From assembly GCA_030390025.1 (NCBI GenBank), contig CM059432.1:4588001-4652000 (forward strand): a stretch of DNA of 64,000 bases, given 5' to 3'. Each line of letters begins with the position of its first letter. Position 1 is the stretch's first letter. The DNA comes from Squalus acanthias (Eukaryota). The translations under genes and the position numbers were made by a program. Shown piece after piece: positions 11,893 through 26,100 of this stretch. The notes beneath the pieces were generated by a model. The model had not been told where the DNA came from. It searched no databases and saw only the letters and a program-made list of their open reading frames with translations.

Positions 11893-14800
11893 CTTAACAA
11901 ATCAAACAGCAAGCTTAAAATTTGCAAGTCTTTCAGTATGAACGGCAAAACATTACTTTCAATAAAACAAACTTAAAGCGAAGTAACTTTCTTTTCCGTA
12001 CTGCCAAGAGATTTGTCGTTTAATTACAAATCTTTACTGCAGATTAAAAAGGAACAACCAAAGCATTACTTTCCAAAAAAAAAACTTATTTTGGAAAGGC
12101 GCATGGGAACACCACCACCTCCAAGTCACACACCATCCTGACTTGGAAATACATCAGCCGTTCCTTCATCGTCGCTGGGTCAAAATCCTGGGACTCCCTC
12201 CCTAACAGCACTGTGGGAGCACCTTCACCACACGGACTGCAGCGGCTCAAGAGGGCGGCTCACCACCACCTTCTCGAGGGCCATTAGGGATGGGCAATAA
12301 ATGCTGGCCTTGTCAGTGATGCTCACATCCCATAAAAAATTAATTTAAAAGAAATTAGTTAAAGAACCAAAGGCGAGAGGAGGTGAATTTTATTTTATGC
12401 AGCGAGTTATGATCTGGAATGCACTGTCTGAAAGGGTGGTGGAGACAGATAGAATCATAGAATGGCCGCCTTCCGTGCTATAACCATTCGGCCTGTGCCG
12501 GCTCTCTACTAGTCCCACTCCCCCGCCCTTTCCCCGTAGCCGGGCAAATATTTTTCCTTCAGATACTTATCCAACTCCCTTTTGAAAGGTAAGATTGAGT
12601 CTGCCTCCACCACCCTCTCAGGCAGTGAATTCCAGATCCTAACCACTCGCTGTGTAAAAAAGTTTTCCCTCATGTCGCCTTTGGTTCTTTTGCCAATCAC
12701 CTTAAATCTGTGTCCCCTGGTTCTCGACCCTTCTGCCAATGGGAACAGTTTCCCTCTAGCTACTCTGTCCAGACCCCTCCTGATTTTGAACACCTCTATC
12801 AGATCTCCTGTCAACCTTCTCTGCTTGAAGGAGAACAACCCCAACCTCTCCAGTCTATCCACGTAACTGAAGTCCCTCATCCCTGGAATCATTCTCGTAA
12901 ATCTTTTCTGCACCCTCTCTAAGGCCTTCACATCCTTCCTAAATGTTGTGCCCAGAATTGGACACAGTACTTCAGTTGGGGCTGAACCAGTGTTTTATAC
13001 AGGTTCATAATTTCCACACTTTTGTATTCTATACCTCGACTTATGAAGCCCAGGATCCCATAAGCCTTTTTAACTGCTTTCTCAACCTGCCCTGCCACCT
13101 TCAATGATTTGTGCACACATACCCCCAGGTCTCTCTGTTCGTGCACCCACTTCAGGATTGTATCATTTAGTTTATATGTCCTCTCCTCAATCTTGCTACC
13201 AAAATGTATCACTTCACACTTTTCTGCGTTAAATTTCATCGATCACGTGGCCGCCCATTTCACCAGCCTGTCTATGTCTTCCTGAAGTCTATCACAATCC
13301 TCCTCACTGTTCACTATACTTCCAAGTTTTGTGTCATCTGCAAATTTTGAAATTGTGCCCTGTACACCCAAGTCATTGATATACATCAAGAAAAGTACTG
13401 GTCCTAGAACCGACCCCTGGGGAACACCACTGTATACCTTCAATAAGAACTTCCAAAAAAAGGGAATTTTAGGGGGAAAATTTGTAGGGCTCTGGAGAAA
13501 GAGCAGGGGGGCGTGTGACAAATTGTAGAGTTCTTTCAAAGAGCTGGCACAGGCACAATGGACGCCTGCTGTGCTCCATCATTCATTTCAGCCGTAGTTC
13601 ACCCTCCGCTCCTCAAAAAACATGCATACATTGCTTAAATTACTTGAGAGTTACTCCTATAAAAATATATAGGTGCAAAGTTTTACAGCTTGGTTTAGAG
13701 CCAAATTGTAATATTCACCTGCTCAACCCGTGACCGCAGGAGATCCATCAGGCCATGACTGTTTCTGCGACTGAGTGAACCGGAGTTTACCATGGCCATG
13801 TTTCCATTCATCATGCTGCCCTGCGAAAGCATCGTGTGATGGGTATTCATTCCGCCATGACCATAAATTGCTCCGCTGTTGACGTTCATCATTTCAGTAG
13901 TGGTGGTCATCATTGCCCCACTATTCATCCCTTTCACTCCGTCTGTATGGCTGGCAATGAGATACTGTCCCTGTCCAAAATTCGTTTCTTGGTCGACGAC
14001 ATACTGGCTACCTAGAGTTGCACTGTCATCTTTCCGAGACAGAGGGATATCCAGGGCTGCAAGATCCTGAAAATGGGAGCACAGTAATAAGCAATTGTGG
14101 CATTGAATCCTCGAATCTCTACATTAAGAAATGCAGCAATGGAGTCAAAAACTATTCCATAAACTATTCTACACAAGCAGATATTTCTCATTAACCAACA
14201 CTATGTGCAAACAGGCTTTACAAAGTGCCATGAAAAACAGGTTATGTCCTAAAGGGAAGTTACAAAAGTGCATAACATTACAAATATTAACAGATCTACC
14301 CAACATGCTGTGCTTGTCAATTTTGTCAGTCAATTCAAATATTAATTTAAAAAATTGAAAATATATATCTATATTAGAGAATATATAGAATATACAAATA
14401 AATATTTATGTAAATATATATTAATAAATGATCAATGGTCTCTGAAAGAAACTCTTGGTAGTTCATAGTGAACATTGCAAACCGGTTTTCATTTTAAGTC
14501 ATTTTGTTGTGGCTGCTGCGAAGCACGAATTGAGGCCGAGTCAATATGTGGAGCACATGGCTTTTAATTACATACTCCTTGGCAAAATGGCTGCTACAAC
14601 TTCTCTCTGCAAAACCCTACTGGTTGAGGCCGATGCCCGCTCTTTTTAAGTTCACACTGAGGGCGACGCCCACTCCTTTTTTCATGCCTTAAAGGCAAGG
14701 TGCCCGATTTATTGTCCACGGACGGAAAAGTGGATTGCGCCCGTTTAGGTGGCGATCCGCCACAATTTACATTTATAAAACTATTAAAACATGGCTGTAC

Positions 14801-17127
14801 ATTCTGCACAATATTTAGTAGATCTTGGCAGGTTTACATTCTTTTAAAATTTATTCATGGGATATGGGCGTCACTGGCAAGGCCCAGCATTTATTGCCCA
14901 TCCCTAGATGCCCTCGAGAAGGTGGTGGTGAGCCGCCGCCTTGAACCACTGCAGTCCGCGTGGTGAAGGTGCTCCCACAGTGCTATTAGGGAGGGAGTTC
15001 CAGGATTTTGACCCAGCGACGATATATTTCCAAGTCAGGATGGTGTGTGATTTGGAGGGGAACTTGGAGGTGGTGGTGTTCCCATGCGCCTGCTGCCCTT
15101 GTCCTTCTAGGTGGTTGAGGTTACGGGTTTGGGAGATGCTGCTGAAGAATGTGGGAAACGCAGCAGCCAATTTGCGCACAGCAAGGTCCCACAAACAGCA
15201 ATGTGATAATGACCAGATAATCTGGGTGTTCACAAAAAATGTTTGTTGAGGTATAAATATTTCCGGGACACCAGGGAGAACACCCCTACTCTTCTTCAAA
15301 ATAGTGCCACGTGATCTTTTGCGTCCACTCAAGGGGGCAGACGGGGCCTCGGTTTACGGTCTCATTCGAAAGACTCTCACTACTGAACTGGGGAGTGTCA
15401 GCATGGATTTTGTGCTCAAGTCGCTGGAGTGGGTCTAGAACCCCCGACTTTCTGACAGAGGCGTTACGGCTATAATTCACAAAGCGAGACACAGGAAGCA
15501 GAGGCACAGGCTTGAGAAAACCCACCTTATCTTGTTGACCACCACCCTCCTCATTAGAGACAATGAGGCTTTGATGATACTGAGTATCAGCATAACACAC
15601 AGTTGGTCGCTTTTTGTCATCTCCACAAGACAATACAAGTGCTGCCAGGAGTAAACCTGTTAAGAATACAAGAAAAGGATTGTTATGCACTTTCAAGTTT
15701 TGAAAAACACAACATCTAAATAATTTAGTCGAGGATTATAAAGCTGGATATTTTGCTGTGTGCATTTTTTTTTAACTTTTTATAAACTCATTCATGGGAT
15801 GTGGACGTCGCTGGCAATTTATTGCCCACCCCTAATTGCCCTCGAGAAGGTGGTGGTGAGCCGTCGCCTTAAACCGCTGCAGTCCGTGTGGTGAAGGTCA
15901 TTTTTTCGTTGCGCATTGGTACAACTGAGTGGTTTGCTCGGCCATTTCAGAGGGCAGTTAAGAGTCAACCACATTGCTGTGGGTCTGGAGTCACATATCG
16001 GCCAGACCAGGTAAGGGCGGCAGATTTCCTTCCCTAAAAGGGACATGAGTGAACCAGATGGGGTTTTTTTTAACGACAAGTTGCATGGTCATCATGAGTT
16101 CAGGCCTCTGAATTACTAGCCCAGTAACGTAACCACTATACTACCGCACCCACATGAGGTTTGTTAAATCAAAAGTTAATGGCAAGCTTTAAAAAAAAAA
16201 ACTATAAATTCACTTATACGATAGCAAAATACTGCAGATGCTGGAAATCCGAAATAACAACAGAAAATGCTGGAAAAACTCAGCAGGCCAGGCAGCATCC
16301 ATGGAGAGAGAAACAAAGTTAACGTTTCAGGTCGAAGACATTTCGTCAGAACTGGAAAAAAAACTTGAAAGTGCGTAACAATCCTTTGTTCCTCAACCTG
16401 TCCCATTTCCACCTCCTCTTGCCTTGAATATCTCTTAATGTCTCAATCTCTCCTGCTTTCTATCCCACCACTGACCTTCCCTTTTGTTCTTTCATCCCCT
16501 CCCCCTTCTCCCAGCCCTAAACTTGCTTTAATATCTATTTCATTTCCTGCTTTTTTCCAGTTCTGATGAAAGGTCTTCGACCTGAAACGTTAACTCTGTT
16601 TCTCTCTCCACAGATGCTGCCCTGGCCTGCTGAGATTTTCCAGCGTTTTCTGTTATTATAAATTCACTAAGTTCATTTATCTGAGCAACTTATAAAAGAT
16701 TTAAGGTTCTCTATACCAGAAAAGGGGATGAACAGTTCATTGTTACTATAGTGTTGGTATCACTATTGTTCACAATTTGCATCAATGATTTCGACTCTGG
16801 AATCAGCAGTACAATTTCGGACGACATCAAATTGAGAGGTGGCTAATACAAAAGGATAATGGGACAAAAGACAAGAATGGGCATGTAATTGGCAAAGAAA
16901 AAGGATACAGTGGTATTGGAGGATGTGCAAAAATATTCACAATGGTGTTACCAAACTTGTACCCATCAGGAAAGGCTGAACAGGCAGGGGCTCCTTTCTC
17001 TAGAAAAAGAGAAGGCTAAGGGGTGACCTGATAGAGGTCTTTAACATTATGAAAGGGGTTTGATAGGGTAGACGTAGAGAAGATGTTTCCACTTGTGGGC
17101 GAGACCAGAGCTTGGGGGAGGCGACGG

Positions 17128-17196
<69 letters not shown>

Positions 17197-20100
17197 GGGT
17201 CATAAATTTAAGATAGTCAGTAATAAATCCAATAGAGAATTCAGGAGAAACTTCTTTACCCAGAGAGTGGTGAGAATGTGGAACTGACTAGCACAGGGAG
17301 TGGTTGAGGCAAAGAGCAGTGATGCATTTAAGGGGAAGCTCGTTAAGCACGAGGGAGAAAGGAATAGAAGGATATGCTGACAGGGCGAGATGAAGGAGGG
17401 TGGGAGGAGGCTGGCGAGGAGCATAAACGCCGGCGTAGACCAGTTTGGCTGAATGGCCTTTTTTTTTCTGCTATAGACTCCATGTAACAGACATGAAAAT
17501 AAACCAACAATGTAAAATTGACTCAACCCATAAATCAGCGATCGTTTATAACATTGATTCTGCATGTGGAGCATTTTTAAGTTGTTGTATGTCATTGAAC
17601 ATAATCAGGAAACTTGTATTTTTTTTTTTCTTAGCTCAAGTACTGCGTACAGTTTTGGTCTCCTTATTTAAGGAAGGATATACTTGCATTGGAGGCAGTT
17701 CAGAGACGATTCCCTAGGTTAATTCCAGAGATGAGGGGGTTGACTTCTGAGGAAAGGTTGAGCAGGCTGGGCCTATACTCATTGGAATTTGGAAGAATGA
17801 GAGGTGATCTTATCGAAACATATATCGATACTGAGGGGGCTCGACAGGGTAGATGCAGAGAGGATGTTTCCTCCTCGTGGGGAAATCTAGAACTCGGGGG
17901 CACAGTCTCAGAATAAAGGGTCGCCCTTTTAGAACTGAGGCGAGGAGGAACTTCTTCTCTCAGAGGGTCGTAAATCTGTGGAATTCTCTGCCCCAGAGAG
18001 CTGTGGAGGCTGGGTCATTAAATACAGTTAAGGTGGAGATAGACAAATTTTTGCAAGATAAGGGAGTGAAGGGTTATGGGGAGCGGGCAGGGGAAGTGGC
18101 TTTGAGCCCAAGATCAGCCGTGACCTTATTGAATGGCGGAGCAGGCTCGAGGGGCCAAGTGGCCTATTCCTGCTCCTATTTCTTATGTTCTTAGTGAGGT
18201 TTCAGCTGCTGCTTAAAAAAAAAATAGCAATCTCTTTTTAAAAACTTACAGAGCAATAACAATGCCGCCAACAACATCACAAGGATTCCCACTCCGCCGA
18301 GGACCGCACTTCCAGAAGCAAGTCTGCTGGCACAGTTTAAATTGTTCGGGCAGTCACAGATCATAATCTTCAATATTTGTTCGCTTCCCTGATGCTGCTG
18401 ATCCTGAACGATGACAGGAACTTCGTAATAACCGGGAGCAAGTTTCGCGATCGGTTGTACATGGGCGTAGGATCCTAGGAGAAAGGAAATGGCGATGAGC
18501 TGAAGGTAGCAAAATAAAGTTTCGTGCAAGAGGCGCTGCAACAGTTTCGGTCTCAACTTATAAAAGAGAGATAAAATCAAACACTGGGCTTTCATTTCTT
18601 TTCAAAGAGTTCATTTAAAATTTTACGCAAAACATCTTCTGATGCTTTCTGGTATGCGATCAACTAAAATCGGAGACTCACGAAAAGCATGCAGATATTT
18701 TAAGATGCAAACATGTCATTCCGTAATCTTAAGCAACGTTCCCGCTAAGGTGCGCGCAGTCATCTGAAGGGTCCCGCGCAGGCCGCTCACCGGCTTTCCC
18801 CATTCTAAATACCGCCCACATGCAGAAATTTACAAAGGACCGCACAGCTTACAGGCAGCGTTGATCTTAACGCCATGTGATTAGCACTTAACACAAGCAG
18901 AAAAATGTGTTCAACGGTCTACCTGGGGTTTGCTTCAAAGAATAAAATTTATCTTCCATCTTGCAAACTCAGGCCAATTCATACATCATCTACCGTATTC
19001 CAATGCACTCCTGGCTGTCCTCCCACATTCTACCCTACGTAAACTTGAGGTCATCCAAAACTCGGCTGCCCGTGTCCTAACTCGCACCAAGTCCCGTTCG
19101 CCCATCACCCCCTGTGCTCGCTGACCTACACTGGCTCCCGGTTAAGCAACGCCTTGATTTCAAAATTCTCATCCTTGTTTTCAAATCCCTCCATGGCCTC
19201 GCCCCCCTCCCCATCTCTGTAACCTCCTCCAACCCCCCGCCCTGCCCGAGATATCTGCGCTCCTCAAATTCGGCTATCTTGAGCATCCCTGATTATAATC
19301 GCTCAACCATTGGTGGCCGTGCCTTCTGTTGCCTGGGCCCTGAGCTCTGGAATTCCCTGCCTAAGCCTCCCTACCTCTCTCTCCTCCTTTAAGATGCTCC
19401 TTAAAACCTACCTCTTTGACCAAGCTTTTGGTCACCTGCCCTAATTTATCCTTATGTGGCTCGGTGTCAAATTTTTTGCCTTAAAATACTCCTGTGCAGC
19501 GCCTTGGGACGTTTTACTACGTTAAAGGCGCTATATAAATACAGGTTTTTGTTGCTGTATGACAATGGAATGATCTCCCAAAAAAGGTCGGTAGAAGATG
19601 AGATTCAGTTTGGATTAAAAAAGGTAAAATAAAAACACAACATCCTTTCACCTCAAGTACTCTATTCACAATGTGCGTAGACATTAACACCAACGCTCCC
19701 TCTAAGCTGCGCGGCCATGCGGTAATGGGAAAGGTCCCACACGCAGGCCGCTCACCGGCTGTTACGCGGTAAATACCCCGGGGGTGCAGAAATTTAAAGG
19801 GACCGCACATTAAAGGGAATCGGCCACGCCAATCAGCACGCAACTTCCAGGGAACGTGGATTAACACCAACCCGCAGTGATCAGTAACTTTTGCACACCT
19901 GACTCCGTGAACCCCCCCTCCCCCCACTGCGCCTCAAATATAAAATGGTAACAAACAAACCCCCTTTTCCGCCCCCCCCCGGTAAGATTTACAGGTTTTT
20001 CTAAGATGGCAGAATAGCATTCGGTGACGTGCACTGTTCATGTACACCGAAATATTGTACACTGAAATACTGTACTCCACAGAAGTATACAGCCAAGCCA

Positions 20101-23100
20101 GTGTTCTCACTCAGGCCAACATCCCCAGCATCGAAGCTTTGACCACGCTCGATCAGCTCCGATGGACGAGTCACATTGTCCGCATGCCCGATACGAGACT
20201 CCCAAAACAAGCGCTCTACTCGGAGCTCCGGCACGGCAAGAGAGCCCCAGGTGGGCAGAGGAAACGCTTCAAGGCACCCTCAAAGCCTCCTTGAAAAAGT
20301 GCAAAATCCCCACCGACACCTGGGAATCCCTGGCCCAAGACCGCACAAAGTGGAGTAGAAGCATCCGGAAGGTGCCGAACACCTCGAGTCTCTTCGCCGG
20401 GAGCAAGCGGAAGCAGCGAACGTCAACCCAAGCACCCCACCCACCCGCCCCTTCAACCACCATCTGCGCCACCTGTGACAGAGACTGTACGTCCCGCATT
20501 GGACTCATCAGTCACCTGAGAACTTATTTTTAGCGTGGAAGCAAGTCATCCTCGGTTCAGAGGGACTGCCCAAGAGAAGAGCCGCCAAGTCAATAAAGTC
20601 TTAAACATCAGAACGCAGATTAACGAAAAAATAAAGAAACTGTACCCATTTGTTTTGAGATCGTCCATTTGTTTTTAATATCTGCAGGGGTATCTGGCAG
20701 CAGAAATGTAAACGGAGCCGAATTAGGCGTCGCGTCCAGATCCTCAGCCGAAACATTCACAAACTGTTGGAATCCATTCTCGCAAATATGCAAGTGGTTG
20801 TTGTGAATAATTGGAGTGTGGTCATTGACATCATCGAGGTTTATGACCACTGTGCCAGTTCCGGTTCTTGGGGGAACGCCTTATGTAAACACAAAAAGAA
20901 ATATATAGTGAAATGCAAAAACCTTAAACCATTTCATCCAACTTAACATTTGCGATTTTTTTTTTTTTAAATTGACAAGATTATGGGCAGACAAGTTCAT
21001 TTGGACAGTCAAGTACTAAACAAGAGCTGAAACCCAGAGATCAAAGCATTGATTTTCAATGCTCTCTCCCCTGCTACTTCCAGGATTCGATACCTGAAGT
21101 AATGGAACCAAGGCGGGCAGATGGAGTGAAGATACGGGTCAGCCGCGATTTAACCGAATGGCGGAACAGGCTCGAGGGGCTGAATGGCCTCCTCCCATTC
21201 CTAGAAGCGATCGGGGACATACAATAGGTCCACTTGTGTATGGGTGGACTTATTCTACCGGGTATGCAAGCGACAGAAACACAAATCATCGAGCATATTT
21301 TTCTATATTGTACCGTAGCAATGCTGGACTAAAAAGGGACGCTTGCGTGTTCTTGGCCTCCAGGGTTACTACGGGGGTGGAGGAGTTATTTGCATTTTTT
21401 TTGGGGGGGGGGGGGGGGAGAAAGAGAGAGAGAAGAGGGGGTGGAAGCCTATGCAAATCAAATGCCTGGATTAAATAAGCCAAGATATCTTTTTGAAGAG
21501 GAAAATGAAACACATTTTTCTGCAACTTTATCAGGCAGCTAAAAAGCCACGAACACATCCCAAGGTTTGCTGCGACTATTTTTAGCACACCTCCAGATTG
21601 GATTTATTTTCCAAGAGAAGCCTGGCCATGCCCTCCTACAAAAAGTTTAGATTTTTGACACTTTTATTCGGTGTATTTTCCAGTAGTTTTGGAGTCAATG
21701 AACACAGGCATTGCCTTCTTATTTTAATCATTTAAAAAAAAAAGGGGTATTTACTTCAATTCGATTGAATACTCTTTGGGAATTGATCAATTTCCTTTAT
21801 CAGAAAGCTGGTTTCTCCCTAGTTGTAGCAGATATTTTATGACTGGAAGAAACAAAAATGAAATTGCTCCACAGCAAATGGGGAGTATTAGGAATGGGAG
21901 GAGGCCATTCAGCCCCTCAAGCCATCTGCTAATCTGCATCTCAACTCCATTTACCCGCCTTGGCTCCATAATCCTTAATGCCCTGGTCTAACACAAACCT
22001 ATCAATCTCAGATTTGAAATTTTCGATTGACCCCCCCAGCCTCAACAGCTTTTTGGGGGAGAGAGTTCCAGATTTCCACTACCCTTTGCGTGAAGAAGTG
22101 CTTCCTGACATCACCCCTTGAATGGCCTGGCTCTAATTTTAAGGTTATCACCTCCTTGTTCTGGACTCCACCCACCACCAGAAGAAACACTTTCTCTCTC
22201 TCTACCCTATCAAATCCTTTAATCATCTTAAACACCTCAATTAGATCACCTCATACTCTTCTATAATTCAGGGGAATACAAGTCTAGCCTGTACAACTTG
22301 CCTCGTAATTTAACCCTACCTGCCCCGGTATCATTCTGGTGAATCTGCGCTGCTCCCCCTCCAAGGCCAATATATCCTTCCTGAGGTGCGGGGCCCAGAA
22401 CTGAACGCAGTTACTCCAGATGGGGTCTGACCAGAGCTCTGTACAGCTTAGGAATATCCAGTTCAGAAGCGTTTGCTACCTCTCCAATCCAATCCCTTCA
22501 ATACATGTTGCCACTTTATTTTCTCTCCTCTCAATTCAAGTTGCCAGTTCTTAATATTCTCTCTCCTGCCCCCAACATAATCTGGCAATTTTCTATCTCC
22601 CCGCCCCACCCAAGCTAGGACTCTTCCACACCCCCCCTATTTCAGCTACTGCTCTTCATCCTCCCTCAACCTCATTTAAACTCGTCACTCTTCTTCCAAC
22701 TACCGCACTCAGACAGCACTCTCTCTCTCCCCTCCTGGAATTCAAGCTTCCATCTCTTCGGGGCCCCACCCAAATTCCTGCCAGCAATTAGCTTTCCTTC
22801 GACCCCCCCCCCCACCCTATTGCCACCGACACACTTCATCCCCGCTCCTCCAAGTCATTCTCGTTGCCTCACTACATCTTCGACACAGCTTCTGGCTCCT
22901 TTCTCCTACTGTGGCTGCTCGAGCAACTCGAAGCCAATGCATGCGGGAAACAGAGAGTGCGAGAGCAGGAATCGCCACCCAAAGCATACAACCACGTTCC
23001 ATAAGAACATAAGAAATAGGAGCAGGAGTCAGCCATTCGGCCCTTTGAGCCTGCTCCGCCATTCAATGAGATCATGGCTGATCTTCTGCCTCAACTCCAT

Positions 23101-26100
23101 TCACCGGCCTTATCGCCATATCCCTTGATGTCCTTACTAGTCAGAAATCTATCGACTTCTGTTCTGAATATACCCAATGACTGAGCCGCCACAGGCCTCT
23201 GGGGTAGAGAATTCCAAAGATTCACTACCCTCTGTGTGAAGAAATTTCTTCTCATCTCAGTCCTGAATGGCCGACCCTTTATCCTGAGGCTGTGGCCCCT
23301 GGTTCTAGACTCCCCAGCCAAGGGAAGCATTCTCCCAGCATCCACCCTATCAAGCCCTATAATAATTTTGTATGCTTCAATGAGATCCCCTCTCATTCTT
23401 CTGAAGTCAAGAGAATACAGGCCTAGTTTACTCAATCTCTTCTCATACCACAGTCCCGCCATCCCAGGAATCAATCTCATGAACCTTCGTTGCACCGGGT
23501 TAGAGCAGTAGCAAAAGAAAGAGAGAGAAGCAGGGAGTGGTGTAGAAAAGAGAAGCGGAGAACTGCACTATTTACTGTCCATGTGCCCTGACCTGCCTTG
23601 GAGGCAGTGTGTGAAACATAGGCAAGAGAAAAGAGCAAATGAGTTTAGAAGAATGAGAGGTGATCTGATTGAAACATACAAAATTCTTACAGGGCTTGAC
23701 AGGGTAGATGCAGGGAGGATGTTACCCCTGGCTGGGGAGTCTAGAACCAGGGGTCACAGTCTCAGAATAAGGGGTCAGCCATTTAGGACTGAGATGAGGA
23801 GAAATGTCTTCACTCAGAGGGTGGTGAATCTTTGGAATTCTCTACCCCAGAGGGCTGTGGAGGCTCAGTCGTTCAGTATATTCAAGACAGAGATCGATAG
23901 ATTTTTGAATATTAAGGGAACCAAGGGATATGGAGATAGTGCAGGACAGTGGAGATGAGGTAGATGATCAGCCATGGTCTTATTGAATGGCGGAGCAGGC
24001 TCGAAGGGCCAAATGACCTGCTCCATGTTTCGATCTCCCTATCTTCCCATGTTCCTAGCAAACCCAGTGCTTACCCTTTTGGTCAAGAGTGCGGAGCATG
24101 TAGATAATCAGGTTCTTGACTGCATTTATTAATTTATTGAGAAAATGCAAATAATTCTCTCCAGTCAGGTTGTACTTCTATGCATTACAATACTAAAAAT
24201 ATGCATTGAATTTGTTGTACTTACTGTCTTCTATGGCGAGCACCGTAACATTGTACTTATTGTTTTTTACAAATTCAGACTCTCTGTCCATCACACTAGT
24301 AGTTTTGATCTGGCCAGTATTCTCATCAATGGAAACCCAATCTGCAGGATCGGTTAGCTCCCTATACCTGGTTAGTCAAACAAGAAATAGAACATTTTGA
24401 AAGTTAGCTTCGTCCATTCATAAACCGGGTCATTGACGCGTTCAACTAATAGTGAAGGAATAAAATGAGTGCATCCTGCAGCTAATGTACCCCTCAACCA
24501 ACAACACCATAACAGATTACCTGGTCATTTCATTATATTGCTGTTTGTGGGATCGTGCTGTGCGTGATTTGGCTGCCGCGTTTCCTACATTACAAAAGTG
24601 ACGACACTTCCAAAAAAAGAGTACTTAATTGGCTGTAGAGCGCTTTGAGACGTCCAGAGGTCGCGCTGAAATGCTTTACTTTTCCAATCACCGACGGTAA
24701 GCAATGGTCGTACCTGATGCCATGGCTGTTCTTGGACTCCGGATCCTTTGCGGTGTAAGATCCCAGAACCGTGCCGGTGGCCACATTCTCCTTTGTCCAT
24801 AATTGTTTGACGGCGGGTTCGAATTCCGGACCTTCGTCTACGTTCAGCACGTTAACAATTACTGAAGCGGTCTGCCTTGCGGTGGAGCTCCCAATCAGAG
24901 GGACCTCGTTTTCCACCGCCACCTCCAATTGGATTGAAGACGTTGCCTCGGCATCCAGCGGCTATAGAAAACACAGACACAAGAGAGAGATTTTATACAT
25001 TACACACTCGATTCATCTCAGGAACCAAGCAATCCTGCCTCAAGATGGAACATTAAACACTCTTCGGGTCACTGCCACTGATACCACTGTACTCGAGCAC
25101 CATGGGACGTTTTTATTTTGTTAAAAGGTGCTATATAAATGCAAGTTGTGGTTGTTGTGTTCATTTCCGCCTCACCCTTTTATTTTGACCAATACTAAGA
25201 ATTTTAATCTGATCGAAAGATTTAAATATTTTGTCTATAAGACTTGCATTTCTATCACGACCTCAGGACATCCCAAAGTGCTTCACAGCCAATGAAGTAC
25301 TTTTTGAAGTGTAGTCACTGTTGTAATGTAGGAAACGCGGCAGCCAATCTGCACACAGCAAGCTCCCACAAACAGCAATGTGATAACGACCAGATAATCT
25401 GTTTTTTGTGATGTTGATTGTGGGATAAATATTGGTCAGAGCACCGGGGAGAACTCCCCTGCTCTTCTTTGAAATCGTGGCCGTGGGATCTTTTACGTCC
25501 ACCTGAGAGCGCAGAGTCGGGGACCTCGGTTTAACGTCTCATCCGAAAGACGGCACCTCCGACAGTGCAGCGCTCCCTTAGTCCTGCACTGGGAGCGTCC
25601 TGAAAGTTTAAGGTTGCGCGGGGATCAGTTTCAGGATAAAACAAATTACGCACGCATATGCTCTTGTACGAAGAGCAGAGGAAAACCAAGAATGTCGCAG
25701 AATTGAAGGGCACTGGATGGTATGATCACCTGTGCCAAAGGCGGACAACGGATCTAGAGGGGATACAGCACCATGGCCAGTCCCAGCTGTTTGGTGACTT
25801 TGGTTAGGGCTGGTTTGGTGCGGCGAGAGGGGTGTAAACTGGATTGGAAGGATTCAAACAGGGGAGGGAGATGGGCCCTGGCGTATCCAAGGGAGATCCA
25901 TCAGTTGGGGAAAATGGATCGACAACTAAAAAGTTAGCAAAGGGCCAACATATGACCTCGTTTTCATTCAATAGCATTTAAAAGAACGCAAAAAAGCGAC
26001 TATTTCATAGCAAACCTAGCAATATTATTTGCAGGACAAATCATTTGCTTACCTTTACAACATACAATAGACCGTCATTTGTTTTGGGGTCGGTTAAGAT

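Larger units (their letters stand above)
16215..16656. mobile_element. Penelope-like element termini (pLTRs) in inverted orientation
   Basis: 12-bp TSD TATAAATTCACT (16203-16214 / 16657-16668); the two arms are reverse complements, each with CTGANGA-stem-GAAAC. Confidence 0.8.

Noticed and set aside
11893..13718. Desmocollin 'b'-form mini-exon
   Set aside because: No convincing stop-containing mini-exon with splice sites was found and the intron is mostly LINE. Read-through of the exon 15 donor would give VNITIWL-stop, but nothing supports its use.
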